Source of the DNA: Octopus sinensis
Taxonomy: Eukaryota
Assembly: GCF_006345805.1 (NCBI RefSeq)
Contig: NC_043007.1
Span: forward strand, 12,710,001 to 12,774,000
Direction: 5' to 3'
Length of the DNA stretch: 64,000 nucleotides
Shown here: positions 25,446 through 38,588 of the stretch, in pieces
How positions within the stretch are numbered: the first letter of the stretch is position 1
How the letters are laid out: every line of letters begins with the position of its first letter
The notes under the pieces: generated by a model
Seen by the model: only the letters and a program-made list of their open reading frames with translations
Databases searched by the model: none
Told to the model about the DNA's origin: nothing
Program-made: the position numbers and the translations under genes

Positions 25446-26249
25446 AGTACGTAACAATAATACATCTATCTATTTCATTTGCACCTACATGTAACATTGG
25501 TACACATATTGATCTTACCAATGCTTAAACAAAGGTTAAAGCAACCTGACTGTGCTGCTTTGTATTCCTGTATACGGTATGCACACACACACACATATAC
25601 ATACACACGTGCATGGACACATGCGTGCGTGCTCCCACCAATGTGTATATTTATGTATGAGGTGTTTTGTTAGTGTGCTTGCCACACTTCAATCGTATTG
25701 TCCCTTATTGATTTCTCGTCCATGGCAGTGTGCCAACTCCAAGAATCTCTCTGCAGCTGTTTCCTACCATTCAGTTTGATTAATGGCAAAGACATTGATC
25801 TCCCTCTTCACAACATCTTTAAAGCCAAATGCCAAGCTCAATGTCTGTGTAGCATGAATGCCAGCTCACCTTAATTTGTCCTGCGGTAATCCTCCATCTG
25901 ACAGTTGTCAGACAGTATCACCCCCCACCCCCCACCAAAGATGATTGAACATGGCTTTAATCTTACTGCAATAATAGAAAAACGTATATTGAGAGCACAT
26001 GTGGTCGCAAGTGGGTGCTCAGAGCACATGTGGTCGCAAGTGGATGCTCTTTAATAAACTCTTTGATGTCAGAGGCATTTCCTATGTAACGGGGAATTGG
26101 CAGCCTTTTTTTCCAGTTAATGCACCCACCCTTATCTAATGCAGGGTAACCATGTACCTCCTCTGTAGCAAGGTACCTGACATAAAGCCACCTCCGTCTC
26201 TCGACTACACCCTCTGCACATTCAATTAAAAGGGTTTTATTTTTTTTTC

Positions 26250-26860
26250 CTTTTCTTGCAACCTTTACTTGTTTGACAACCTTACTGGTGCCAGTGCCGC
26301 ATAGAAGACAACCAGTAGACATAGTAAAGTGGTTGGTGTGAGGAAGGGCATCCAGCCATAGAAACCATGCCAAAACAGACATTGGAACTTGATGCAGTCC
26401 TGTGGCGGTGCCCCAGCATGGCCGCAGTCAAATGACTGAAACAAGTAAAAGAGTATATTTTTATGTCCTCAAAGGGTTTATGTTTTGTTTGTTTTTTTAT
26501 CTCATTTCATTTTGAAATATGGGATAATAATGGAGTAAAATGTGGGGTAATAATGAAGTAGAATACAGGTAATAATGAAATTAAATGTGGGATAACAAGA
26601 AATGTAGGTTAAAAACATGAAGTGTTGGGCAATAATGAAGTAAAGTGTGGGGTTATAATGACAGGAATGCAAATCATCATCATCTAACATCCATTTTCCA
26701 TGCTAGCATGGGTTGGATGGTTCGACCGGGGTCTGGGAAGCCAAGAGGCTGCACCAGGCTCCAGTCTGGTCTTGCAGTGTTTCTACAGCTGGATGCCTTC
26801 CTAATGCCAACCACTCCGTGAGTGTAGTGGGTGCTTTTTACGTGCCACCAGCACAGGAAA
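26250..26860 (-). mobile_element. Two SINE C fragments (26250-26400 plus, 26675-26860 minus) around a degenerate minisatellite
   Basis: ggaagggcatccagccatagaaacc on the plus strand and catccattttccatgctagcatgggttgg on the minus strand. Confidence 0.7.
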
Positions 26861-27295
26861 AGTAATTACTTAAATTCAGAGAACTAACGAGATATAATGT
26901 GGAGTAAATAACAAAGTAAAATGCCGAATAATAACAATAAGAAATGTGGAGCAATGATGAAGAGAAACCTGGAGTAATAATGAAGAAGCAACAAGAGTAT
27001 TATTCCCAGAAGTTCCTCAGTGGAGAGTATTACTCTTACTACAATACTAACATAGTGAAGCTCCTTAAGGAGTACTCTTTTGTACAGAAATAAATGAGGC
27101 TGGACAATCTGATGCGAAGAGTGAGGGATAATTCAAATGGGGATGGGGATGGCCAGTGGTAAATAAGAAGGGTTCTGTATTAAGAATGAAGAGTGGATGT
27201 AAACAGAAGTGACTCAAGGGAATGGGAGTGATGACTGGCAGCTCAAGAAAGAATTTTCAGATACCGTTCTTCAGTGATTAGTTTGATGTTTTATA

Positions 27296-27530
27296 AGGCG
27301 GCGAGCTGGCAGAGTCGTTAGCACACCGGGCGAAATGCTTCATGGTATTTCACCCGTCGTTATGTTCTGAGTTCAAATTCCGCTGAGGTCGACTTTGCCT
27401 TTCATCCTTTCAGGGTCAATAAATTAAGTACCAGTTACACATTGGTGTCAATGTAATCGACTTAATCCGTTTGTCTGTCCTTATTTGTCCCTTCTATGTT
27501 TAGCCTCTTGTGGGTAATAAAGAAACAGAT
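27296..27530 (+). mobile_element. SINE B, full length
   Basis: aaggcggcgagctggcagagtcgttagc...tgtgggtaataaagaaa. Confidence 0.9.
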
Positions 27531-27757
27531 CAGTTTGATGTTTTACCACTTGCCAAACCGTTTCCTCGTGGTACTTTATTTAATTAAAATTTTGAAATTG
27601 TATATTTACGGAAGTAATTAGCAATTTCCAAAATTGTATAATGCTTTTTTATTCAGTTTCCAATTTCATATTTATAGCTTTTGCTTCTTTTGGTGGAGTG
27701 TTTTTTTTTTTCTACTTGCATTTTAGTAAATATTTATTTTCGTTCATTTTTGCTCAG

Positions 27758-27906
27758 GAATACTCACCAGAATTGCACAATATCACCAAAACAAAGAAGC
27801 CAACATTTGGTTCAAATGAAGGCATCACCATAACAGGTATCAAACACAACCGTGAAAGTTATGCTGCCAACTCAGACCATCCTCCGGCAGGATCCAATTA
27901 CCAAAA
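27758..27906 (+). CDS. PACSIN: PACSIN/syndapin exon immediately after the F-BAR domain (EYSPELHNITKTKKPTFGSNEGITITGIKHNRESYAANSDHPPAGSNYQK)
   Basis: Acceptor ttcatttttgctcAG, donor AA|GTAAGA. 149 nt, phase 0 to 2. EYSPEL...EGITITGI resembles the vertebrate PACSIN segment EWSADL...DGVTLTGI (recalled, not aligned). Confidence 0.9.
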
Positions 27907-28189
27907 GTAAGAATATCATGGTTTTTATTTGATTTTTCCTTTTCTTTTTTTTTTTGTATGTTTATTATTACTGTTTGATTTTTTTTTTTCTGCTTCATTG
28001 TTTTGAAGTCTTTTTTTTATTGTTGTTGTTGTTTTATACATCACAAATATTTATTTCAGGACCTCAACAACCTATCCATAATTGCATGTGTGTATGTATG
28101 CATAATACACACACACACACACAATATTTATATCACAGATACACACATTCACAGACACCAGATGTACATATACAACACATTTACACATC

Positions 28190-28630
28190 ATCATCATCTA
28201 ATGTCCGTTGTCCGTGCTGGCATGGGTTGGATAGTTTGACCAGGGCTGGCATGCTGGAAGACTGCACCAGACTCCAGTCTGATTTGGCATGATTTCTACA
28301 GCTGGATGCCCTTCCTAATGCCAACCACACCGAGAGTATAATGGGTGCTTTTACATGTCATTGGCACATGTACCATTTGTGTGACACCAGTATCTGCCAC
28401 AACTATGATTTTACTTGGCCTGATGGGTGTGCGTGTGTGTGTATGTATATAAAATATTTCATGTCTGCTTTACATGCTGGCATGGATTGGTCAGTCCAAC
28501 AGGATCCAATGGGCCAGAGGACCACATCTTGCTCCAGCATGTCAGTTTTAAAATGGTTTCAATGGCTGGATGCCCATTCTAATACCAACCACTTTACAGA
28601 TAGTACTAGTGTTTTTATGTTGCCCCAGCA
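28190..28630 (-). mobile_element. Two SINE C copies
   Basis: catcatcatctaatgtccg...gatgcccttcctaatgccaacc, and a more diverged copy at 28455-28630. Confidence 0.75.
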
Positions 28631-28766
28631 CAAGTGAGAGGAGGCTTCATGCAAAATATTGAGGGGCTTCCAGTATGATTGTGGGGACAGAAACAGGCTT
28701 GTTGTTGTGGAGATTCATGGCTACTCTACATATTATATAGAGCTGGTTGGGAGTGGATGGATGGAG

Positions 28767-28802
<36 letters not shown>

Positions 28803-30841
28803 AAAGGTGATAAAGTGCCAGGGGATATCCTCAATGTACAAGAAGGTGAACAGAAGATAGTCTGGGGACAGAAGATAAAGAATGATGGGTGAAGGTTGCA
28901 AAAGTGTGAGGGTAAGTGAGAGATGGTTATAAATTGGGGTGCATTGAATGGTGAATGAAGGTGAGGGACGAGGAAGAGAGTGATGACTGGCGGTACAGGA
29001 AGGGTGTTGACTAGCAGAATAAATAAATACAATAGGAGAGGGATTTAAGGGTGAGTGATAAAGAGTGGCAAATAAGGTTGGAGATGGTCAGTTGATGATA
29101 AGCATGAGTTTGTTGGATGTTGCTAAAGGATGAGGAAGTTCTTCGTCATTTAATGTCCATTTTCCATGCTGGCATGAATTGGATGGCTTGACAGAAGCTG
29201 ACTAGCCAGAGGACTGTACCAAATTTCACTCACACACACACACAGTTGCAAACATCACACACACACACATATATATAAACATATTTTAGCATATATATTC
29301 TTTTCTCATTATTTGCATCTTTTTCAGTGAAATTTTAATATAATGAAATATTTTTTTTTCTTTAAAGGATTTTTTTGTCCAGGTTGAAGGCCCATCCCGT
29401 AAGACTTATTCCCACTTGGTACTTGGAACTGTACAAGTTGGCAGTTAGGCTTTTTGTTCTTCAGATATCTTGACTCAGTAATACACCAAAGTACTTTTTA
29501 AAGCATTTCAAAAAAAAATTTTGTTTTTAATTTTACTTTTATTAATTCATTTCGGAGATAGGGGTGGGGAGTAATTTTTTAATAATTAATTATCAATAAT
29601 TGCCATTATCAAATAGCTCCAAAAAAGCCTCATGATAGCAAAAGAGAAAGGCCACCAGCCAGCTATCCGAACTGTTGGAGTGGGCTACACCTGCCTACCT
29701 CGGTTGAGGTAGATCCAGCCACCCCTGTTAACGGGGACAAAACTCAGATTTAAAACACTGGATGATGATAGTGACTGCCCCCTTCCTCATGGGAGTGTGC
29801 TGACCCTATGAGTAAAAGATCTGGATCTACCTACAGTTACATTGATTTTAATGCTGATACCAATATCAAAAAACACTATATTTGTATAAATTCTTACTTG
29901 AAGCTTTAGATATAAACATTTCTGTTCACAAAATAAATATGCTACGTTTTGGTTGTTGTTTATGTTAGATGGACATCAAACACCTAAGAAACCAAAACTG
30001 GTTTCTTGTGGTCTTAGTATCAAAAAAAAAAGGGAAAAAAAGCTAAAAGCAGGTTAGATATAAACTTTTTCCAGAAGTTTTCTTTTACCCCAATGTTTTG
30101 TAAGGTGGATATATTAGAAAATCAGAGATTTTTAGATCATGTGATTTGGTTTCATGAATTTTGTTTTTGCTTTGATGACATTTTTTTTTTGTCTTTGAAA
30201 TAAAGAGTTTGAGTTAGTTTAGGGATGTAGATACAAGATAATGGCAAATGGTATTCTATAAATTTTTAAAATTGAAGAAATATTTTCAAGTTTCACTTGC
30301 TGCATTGTAATCTAATGTAGTGAAATGAAAATATAAAAAGAAATTCTAATGGATTATTGTCGATTGATTGAATTATTTTAATTAAGCTGGTGTTAAGGTA
30401 TGTAATAAAGTTAGCATTAAAATTGTAATTAGAAATACATCCAGGGTGGAGAAAAATTAGTATTAGTTAAGGATTAATATAATTTTTATTATTTTGTCAA
30501 GTAAGGGACATAACTCCAGTCATGTTTTCTATTATTATGACCTCATCATTGAAGCAAACATAGACATAGTGTTGGAAGAATCACTAAGTACAAGATTACA
30601 TATTGGTTGGTTGGCAGATAGAAATAGAATTATTTGGAGAATATAATTTCATCATAATATTATTGATTGTTTGATATTATATTTATAAATCTCTTATGAA
30701 TATAGTTTTGTGTATGTGTGAATTTAATAGCACTCTATTAAGCAATAAAAGTATGGCAGCATTATTTACTTTTTACTTGCTTGGTCTGGAGGAAGGGCTC
30801 TTTTCAGACACCCCCCCCCCCGACCAGTGAGACTGATGCTG

Positions 30842-31070
30842 TTAACCCTTTCGTTACTGCATTTATTTCGAGATGCTCTGTGTTTCTTCCAATTACTTTG
30901 AATATAACAAAGAATTTAGTAAAATAACTTAGCCATCGTTAATCTAATGTTAGGGACATAAATTGTGACTAAGGTTTGGTGGAAAATTTTAATTGAAAAC
31001 TTATGAAAACAAGACATTTGTACTCAGAGCCAGAGCCGGTTTCAGCCGGGTCGGTAATGAAAGGGTTTAA
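30842..31070. mobile_element. piggyBac-like MITE
   Basis: TTAA-CCCTTTCGTTAC ... GTAATGAAAGGG-TTTAA. The internal sequence matches 33612-33818. Confidence 0.8.
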
Positions 31071-31383
31071 GAGTTCATCTCAATTTGTAAGTCAACAGTT
31101 GTGTAAAAGACATGAACAGGGAGAAAATTCCAGAGGTCTGACATTTTGGGAGGGAAGAACTGGATATAATGGTTAATGCAGGGCCTGGGAGCAATTGATG
31201 AAGAGATGAGGAGAGACTATTAAATAGGGTTAAGGAGTATTTTCTAATCAATATACATGTGTTGCTAACGAGTATCCTCTTTACTGTTGTTTAAAAACTA
31301 ATATTGGAAATATTTTATTGGATCATTAGTAACGTTCATACATTATATCTTGTTTCTTCCATTGATGCTGTATATTTTCACAG

Positions 31384-31554
31384 ATTTACTAGTGGTGTGA
31401 AATCAAAGCTCTCTTACGTTGTCAACATATCAAAATCCTTTACTGGAAGGTGGTGGACAAGCCATGCCACAAATGCCATGATCAAAATCTCTGAGTCCTT
31501 GTCTGCTCATGCGCTGTGTGGCCTGGAAGCTATTGATAAAAATCCGTTTGGCAG
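31384..31554 (+). CDS. PACSIN: Candidate cassette exon with NPF (FTSGVKSKLSYVVNISKSFTGRWWTSHATNAMIKISESLSAHALCGLEAIDKNPFG)
   Basis: Acceptor gtatattttcacAG, donor AG|GTTTGA. 171 nt = 57 codons, phase 2-2. Only this frame is open. NPF at 31541-31549. Confidence 0.55.
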
Positions 31555-32117
31555 GTTTGAGCCTCCTCACCGCAACTGCCACAAACCTTCAATTTATTCG
31601 ACCAAATACTGTAGCAATAGCTATTGGACTTTAGCATGCCACAGCTTAGTACCCCTTAGTTTACCAAAGTCACTATACTATTTTCTGTTGTTTTATTCCA
31701 AAATATTCACTCTTGTAATTTTGTATAAATAAGTAAAATAAAATAAATTAAATAAATACAATAAAAATAAATAACATAATTTGGTTATTATTAAATATAA
31801 CTTCAACCAATTTCTAATTTCCAAAAAATGTTTTGTCAATAATAATAATTATAATAAATATTGGTGATTTTTCAAAAAAACATATCTCTTGTAAATATAT
31901 TAATAAATACGGACACCAAGATTATTCTGTTAATGTATAGATGCCAGGAGTATTCAGTGGTTCCAGAACTTTGTATATTTCTCATAAACTACCCGGTGTT
32001 ATATTATGTTGATTTCTGTACATGTTTAATCGTTGCGAACATTTCACCAGCAACTAAATATTATTTCATTTAGTTTCGGCATTGTTCATATTTGAATGAG
32101 CCGTATCAGTTTCTTTT

Positions 32118-32347
32118 TTAACCCTTTAGCATTCATGTTTCTCTGTCAAAATGAAAAACTCATTTATTTACCATTGTTTTGAATTAATCATGCATTATCT
32201 CATTGCTTTGAGATTTCAATGATGTGGTTGTTTATTTTTAGAAGGACATTGTAGGGTAGGTGTGAGAGGCAGGATCTGGCAAGTTTGAACATAAAACAGG
32301 TAGAATATTTAGGCCAGATATGGCTGGTTTAAATGCTAAATGGTTAA
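32118..32347. mobile_element. piggyBac-like MITE, second family (also 51245-51437, 54309-54497)
   Basis: TTAA-CCCTTTAGCATT ... AATGCTAAATGG-TTAA. The internal gacattgtagggtaggtgtgagagg...ggatctggc is shared by three copies. Confidence 0.8.
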
Positions 32348-33269
32348 TTCTGAGTATTGCTATTGGTTAAATTTGTTTTAACACAGTCTACAGAGATCTT
32401 TTACCTGTTATCCTTATAGCCAGAAAAAAGAGCTGTTATATTCTAGACATTAACTAATTTTATTTTCAAAATAACAATTATTCACAATATTATGTGTAAC
32501 CATCAACATTTTGGATTAATCTTTTCTTTTTATTTCAGTTTTTCAAACATTAGTTTGACCATTTTAGTGGTAAAAAGTTATTTTTTTATGTCATTGCTTG
32601 TTATGTTGTTATTTCATTATTTTATATATGAATATTATCTGAAATCTTCCTGTTATCAAGGAAACTATCCTTCTGGTAGTCCATTTTAATTATACATAGA
32701 TGTGTCATTTCTCTTTATTGAATTTACTCTTGTGTGAACAAACTAAGACACACTGAAGTCATTTTCTCAGTTATTTTTGTTTTTCTATTTCTTTTTGTGT
32801 TTATTCTCAGTTGGGACCTGAATCATTAAAAAACAAAAACAACCTATCTTTTTAGAATTACACTTTAGCTGTAAATTAATTTCACTATCATTCTATACAC
32901 ATTTTCTTTTTACTATTGGTAGTTTACAAATTGTGCAGATATATTTTTGCCAGATGTGTATATTTAACTTTAGTAAAATGAACACGTTTCTGTTTAATTT
33001 AATCAGAATAATTTAGCAGGTAGGATATGGAGTATAGAGAAATTGCTGTAAATTTTAAATTTCATATGATGAAAAACTTTCTAGGAGATGATTATAATCA
33101 GTTGTTAGAAATGGAGGATTTAAATGAATTGAAAGAACAAATATCATTTGAGATATTTGGATATAATTCTTTTAAAATTCAAAGGAAGTAGAAATGAAAA
33201 GGCGGGGTATTTGTATCTGACAATTTTTGTTTAAAACAAATATGGTTTCTCTCAAAAGGAAAAATATAT

Positions 33270-33880
33270 TGAACCCTTTTGTTACCATATTTCTGTTGAA
33301 ATATACTGCCTTTGTTCTGTTTCATTTGATTTTGAAAATAATGAAGAATTCTGTAAAATAGCTGTCGTTATTCAGGTTGTGGGCTGGCAAAATCGTTAGC
33401 ACAACACACAAAATGCTTGGTGGCATTCCGTCCATCTTTATGTCCCAAGTTCAAATCCTGCTAAATAAGTACCAGTTGAGCACTGAGGTCAACATAATCA
33501 ACTTGCATCCTCTCCCCAAATCACTGGCCTTTTGCCAAAATCTAAAATTCATTATTAAGCTGCTGTTTAGAACATAAACCAACAAGATGGAAAATCTTAA
33601 CTTAGACAAGTTTAACCCTTTCATTACTGTATTTATTTATTTCAATTACTTTAATAATACCAAAGAATTTAGTAAAATTTAGTTATCATTAAGCTAGTGT
33701 TTGGAAATAAATTGTGACTAAGGTTTGGTGGAAGATTTTAATTCAGAACTTATGAAATCAAGACATTTGTACTCAGAGCTAGAGTCGGTTTCAGCTAGGT
33801 TGGTAACGAAAGGGTTAAAACTAAAAATTTGTGTAATAGTACTAGAGACAGTCCTGGGTGGGTTGGTATCAAAAGGGTTA
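33270..33880. mobile_element. piggyBac-like MITE interrupted by a SINE B (33375-33555) and a second MITE (33612-33818)
   Basis: Outer ends aacccttttgttacc and ggtatcaaaagggttaa. Rejoined halves match the uninterrupted relative at 47180-47393. The inner MITE is bounded by TTAA on both sides. Confidence 0.7.
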
Positions 33881-34755
33881 AAATATATATATATTTCCTA
33901 AATTAGCATTGTGAGTTGTTTTAATTGCTAAATGGTTTGTAGCTTTAATTATTTTTCTTAAATAATGGCCCTTTTTTTTTTTTTTTTTTAATGACCATAA
34001 AAATGAAAGAAGGCCAAAAATGTATTTATGTTTAATGAGTTGAATGGTAATGCATTTTTACAGTAACTCTGCATTGCAAATATTTTGCATGGAACATTTT
34101 TTTTTTGCTTGTTAAGTAAACAAATAAATTGCAGAATTAACATTGTTCCTTTGCTTGCCGATCTTGGGAAAATGAGCTGAGGTTAGCTTGTGTTTTGTAT
34201 TTGATGCCTCTTCTGTATGACAAGGGCTTCCTCTGTATCAATAAGTATGTCTATGATTTGTTGCATCTTCCCAATCAGTTAATCAATCAATCAGTGAATT
34301 GTTAGTTTGGTTTGATCTTTAGAAATATTCTGTTCGAAATGCCGTTTCTTCAAATGCATTTCATTCTTTACCTTTTTCACTCTGCTTCCCTTTCTCTCTC
34401 TCTCTCTCTCTCTCCCGATCTTAGAATAGTGTTTTAACATTCAATTTGTAGTTCAAAAGCATGGAGCTTCTGTCTTTTGGAAGTTCAGTTTCACCAGGGA
34501 TATTGATAATGTTCTATGTCCCAATATCATCAAATATTCATGGAGAAATTTAATTCTAGCATTTATAAGCACTGAAGAACATTCAATTGTATTAATTCAC
34601 TTTTAATTTTAAAAGTATTTCAGTTTCATTTCATTTTCAAAAAATAAAATAAATGCACTGTAGGAAGTCTGTTACAGGAACAAAAGTATAATATATTAAG
34701 AAAATTATCAAACCATGATTATTATTGTCATTATTCTTCTTATTGTTGTTATTAT

Positions 34756-35225
34756 TAAGGTGGCAAGCTGGCAGAATCGTTAGCATGCCAGACCAAATGC
34801 TTATTGGCATTTCTTCCAGTTTTACAATCTGAGTTCAAATTCCACCAAGGTGACTTTGCCTTTCACCCTTTCAGGGTTGATAAAATAAGTACCAGTTGAG
34901 TCACTGGGGTCGATGTAATCAACTTACCCCTTCTTCCAAAAGAGCCACCCTTGCGCCAAAATTTGAAACCATTATTATTATTATCATTATTATTAAGGCA
35001 GCAAGCTGGCAGAAATGTTAGCATGCCTGGCGAAATGCTTAGCAGTATTTCGTCTGTCTTTACGTTCTGAGTTCAAATTCCACCAAGGGCGACTTTGCCT
35101 TTCGTCCTTTCAGGAGTCGATAAATTAAGTACCAGTTGCGTCCTGGGGTTGATCCAATCAACTGCCCCCCCCCCCAAAAAAAATTTTCAGGCCTTGTGCC
35201 TAGAGTAGAAAAGATTATTATTATT
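34756..35225 (+). mobile_element. Two tandem SINE B copies separated by (TTA)n
   Basis: Both begin aagg(t/c)(g/a)gcaagctggcaga and end in TTA repeats. Confidence 0.9.
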
Positions 35226-35359
35226 TTCAAAAGAGAGTAGTCTTTGCTAATTCATTCTTGAAATGTATATTTGAGTAAACAGTGACATTGCTTATGATAG
35301 TGACTATTGAAGATACATTAGTATGTGTGTGTGCGTGTGTGTATATATATATATATATA

Positions 35360-35510
35360 TCATCATCGTCGTTTAACGTCCGTTCTCCATGCTAGCATGG
35401 GTTGGACGGTTCGACCGGGGTTCTGGGAAGCCAGAAGGCTGCACCAGGCTCCAGTCTAATCTGGCAATGTTTCTACAGCTGGATGCCCTTCCTAACGCCA
35501 ACCACTCCGT
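35360..35510 (-). mobile_element. SINE C, 5'-truncated, inside (TA)n
   Basis: catcatcgtcgtttaacgtccgttctccatgctagcatgg... Confidence 0.9.
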
Positions 35511-35874
35511 ATATATATATATATATAATTTATGTTCTATCATTTTGCACAGTAATACATGAATGTGTGGGGCCTAGTAGTTAGGGTGTTGGACACAAAA
35601 CCATAGGGTTGTGGGTTCAGTTCCTGGACAGGGTGCCACATTGAGTCCTTGTGCAAGGCAATTCATTTCACGTCACTCCAGTCTATTCACAGGAAAAGAA
35701 GAAAAAAATTTAAAAAACTAATGCTGGCACAACTGTGACATCTTGGATGTTCCTTTGGGTCGGGAGTTGGGGAGTGGCGATAGGTTGTGTGTGCCTGGTT
35801 GTGACTATATTGGTGCTAAGCCAAGCACACTACATGCTAGCATGTCACAGTCACTTGCAAGTGATGGCATAGTG

Positions 35875-35916
<42 letters not shown>

Positions 35917-36802
35917 CACTAACTATTGCTTAATCATCCTCTCACACCGTCTCCGATGAAGGGATATAATTAATAAATATCCTGGAAACAGCTGTAAGAC
36001 CTATCTATAAATGTTCTAATATCTACACAGCCTTGGTTTTTTTATCTCATTACGCAAAAAATTCTTATATATATATATATGCAAACACACATACACACAC
36101 ACATAAATATATTTTCTTAAGTGTAATATTTATTAGATGACTGCCAGATTTTTTAACTGTATACATACTGCATACAGTAAAGTTGTGTCATTGACCAGAT
36201 CGTAAATGAATAATAAGGCACTGATGCTGAATAATGTGTGTGTGTGTGTGTTTGTGTTCTATTGTAAAAGCAACACAAGAGTCTGTGTTGGCAGAACAAT
36301 CTGATTCAAACACACAAGATTCAACTCGGTTTCAAATCACCTGCCAAACAGGTAACAACAATTGTCTACTCGAGTAGTTGTTGTTGTTGTTGTTGTGGCA
36401 GCTCCCTCATTGTCTCATTGTATATTTGAGTAATTGCTTCTTGATTTACTATTACTGAGCCACCTCATTAGCAGAATTGATTGCTTTTTTTTTTTTTTTT
36501 TTTTTATATATATATAATCTCAAGTTAGAAAAAGGGATGAAATTTAATTGTAGTTTCACAGTTGAATTAACCAGATAAGTTATCACTCCTAATCAAGCAG
36601 GCCTATGATCAAAGCCACTCCAACTATGACCAACCAGTTTTTGTATTTGCTTGTAGTAAATAAAATATTCAATGCTTTCCATTATTATGTTTCATAGATG
36701 ATTTGAACATTATTTTTTTTTCTGCCATTGGCTCTTTTCACATGACCATATATAGACTGCCATCTATTCATTGGTCATTTGACATAACAAGGCAGATAAA
36801 TG

Positions 36803-37075
36803 CTAACTCGGATGCATGCAGTAACCTGATGGTTGCAGCCATCTTTGCCTGATCTTCTTGCTAACTTTCAGCAGGTCTCCATAAAGGCATCCATTTGTCA
36901 TATGTTGCTGCCATTTCACATTTAGGGCCATTTGTAGCATCCTTGTGGTGCATCCATTTAGCCCGTTTGATAACTTCATTGTCAGTGTCCATGTTTCACT
37001 GCCATATAATAATAGCACTGATTCGACTATGCAGCATTCCTTTAAACTTAGATATCCTGAAGACAAGGGAGCTTC
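36803..37075 (-). mobile_element. RTE-clade LINE ORF2 fragment (post-RT region)
   Basis: VESVLLLYGSETWTLT...TRMLQMALNVKWQQHMTN..LYGDLLKVSKKIRQR; YGSETWTL is an RTE signature. Confidence 0.85.
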
Positions 37076-37087
37076 ATTAGTTTTTAC

Positions 37088-37375
37088 AGGAGTGGCTGTG
37101 TGGTAAGTAGCTTGCTTACCAACCACATGGTTCCAGGTTCAGTCCCACTGCATGGCACCTCGGGCAAGTGTCTTTTGCTATAGCCTCGGGCCGACCAAAG
37201 CCTTGAGAGTGGATTTCGTAGATGGAGACTGAAAGAAGCCTGCCTTATATGTGTGTGTCTCTGTTTGTCCCCCACCTCCAACATCGCTTGGCAACTAATG
37301 CTGGTGTGTTAACGTCTCTGTAACTTAGCAGTTCGACAAAAGAGATCAATAGAATAAGTGCCAGGCTAGGCTTAA
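37088..37375 (+). mobile_element. SINE A
   Basis: Direct match to the family A head and body. Confidence 0.9.
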
Positions 37376-38588
37376 GTATGAAAGAGTGATAGACTGAGAA
37401 TCCAGTGTATCAAGGGGCAAAGCTATTATAAAACACAGGGCACCAACTGTTGTAGGAATCTTCACATGTCTATGTTTCATATAACTTTTTTGTGAAATGC
37501 CAAAGTTTGAGTTTGTACCCACTTCCTATAGGATTGTTGTCACATGCAAGGAGCCAGTGAGTGGACTTATTGATGTTATGTCATCTTGTTAGGAAAATAA
37601 AAATAGGCGAAACCTGGAAATATCTCTAATAAAATCTGATCATGGTTTAGTTGACATTATCTCAGTTATTTTCCATAAAAACACTGGCCAACCACACATT
37701 TGATGACTGTTTTTAAGTATTTCTTGGTGCATAATTTTCTGTGTGTAATGTTTCATTTGAATTTCTAGAATTGCGTTAAGATTGTTTTATTTTGCAGCCT
37801 ATTTAATTTTACAAATTGTATTTTTGTTTGTTTCTGTTTTTTTTTTTTTTTCAATTCATTAGTATTTATAGATTTTGATTTCACTTTGTGATTGCTTGGA
37901 CCTTTTCTGCTTTATATGTAGAAGAGTTAGGAAGTCGTGACTTAAATTAGATAAGAGAAAATTATTTAGAATTACAAATTCAGATAAAGGTATTACCAGA
38001 AAGGATTTTTTGAATAATGATGCTATGAATACATGAGTAGCCTCCAAGAGGTTGAAATTATTGAGCGAAAATTGGAAAACCAAAAAAAAAAAAAAAAAAA
38101 AATCAAAAATTACAGTTCTAATTCTTCTAAAAACTTTCAACATTTAATGCAGTCAGTTAGGTGTTTACAGAACCCTGTGTTATCATGTTTATATATTATC
38201 CCTTTATAAAAAAACAATAGGACAAATTTAGGGTTATACATTTCAACATTTTTTGTAGGGAAACTTTAAACTATTTTAATTTTAACAAATTAATGTATTT
38301 TGTATATTTAGGGGTAAAAATGCAAAATTTTCATTTAGGCAATTCAAAGTAGATGTTATAAAAAATATATTGTAAAAAAATGTATTTTTACTTTTCTCGA
38401 AATTTTAATAACCTGAATATTTACTAATCTACACTTGTAAATGATATTTTCAGATTATAATATATTCCAGGATAATTACTGTAAAATAATCCCCTCTCTT
38501 TCAATGGATTATCTAAATACTATGCTTTTAATGCTTAAAGTCAGTAAGCTGTTTCAAGTTTATCATTCCTACTTGGGAATTTTTTTAG

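Noticed and set aside
29383-29418. Strong acceptor ttttttgtccAG with donors at 29398/29399 (GTAAGA) or 29418/29419 (GTACTT)
   Set aside because: The good donor gives a 16-nt frame-shifting exon and the frame-preserving donor is weak. There is no motif support.
31949-32073. AG|GAG TAT TCA GTG GTT CCA GAA CTT (EYSVVPEL), resembling EYSPEL
   Set aside because: Poor pyrimidine tract, no suitable donor and no further similarity; probably chance.
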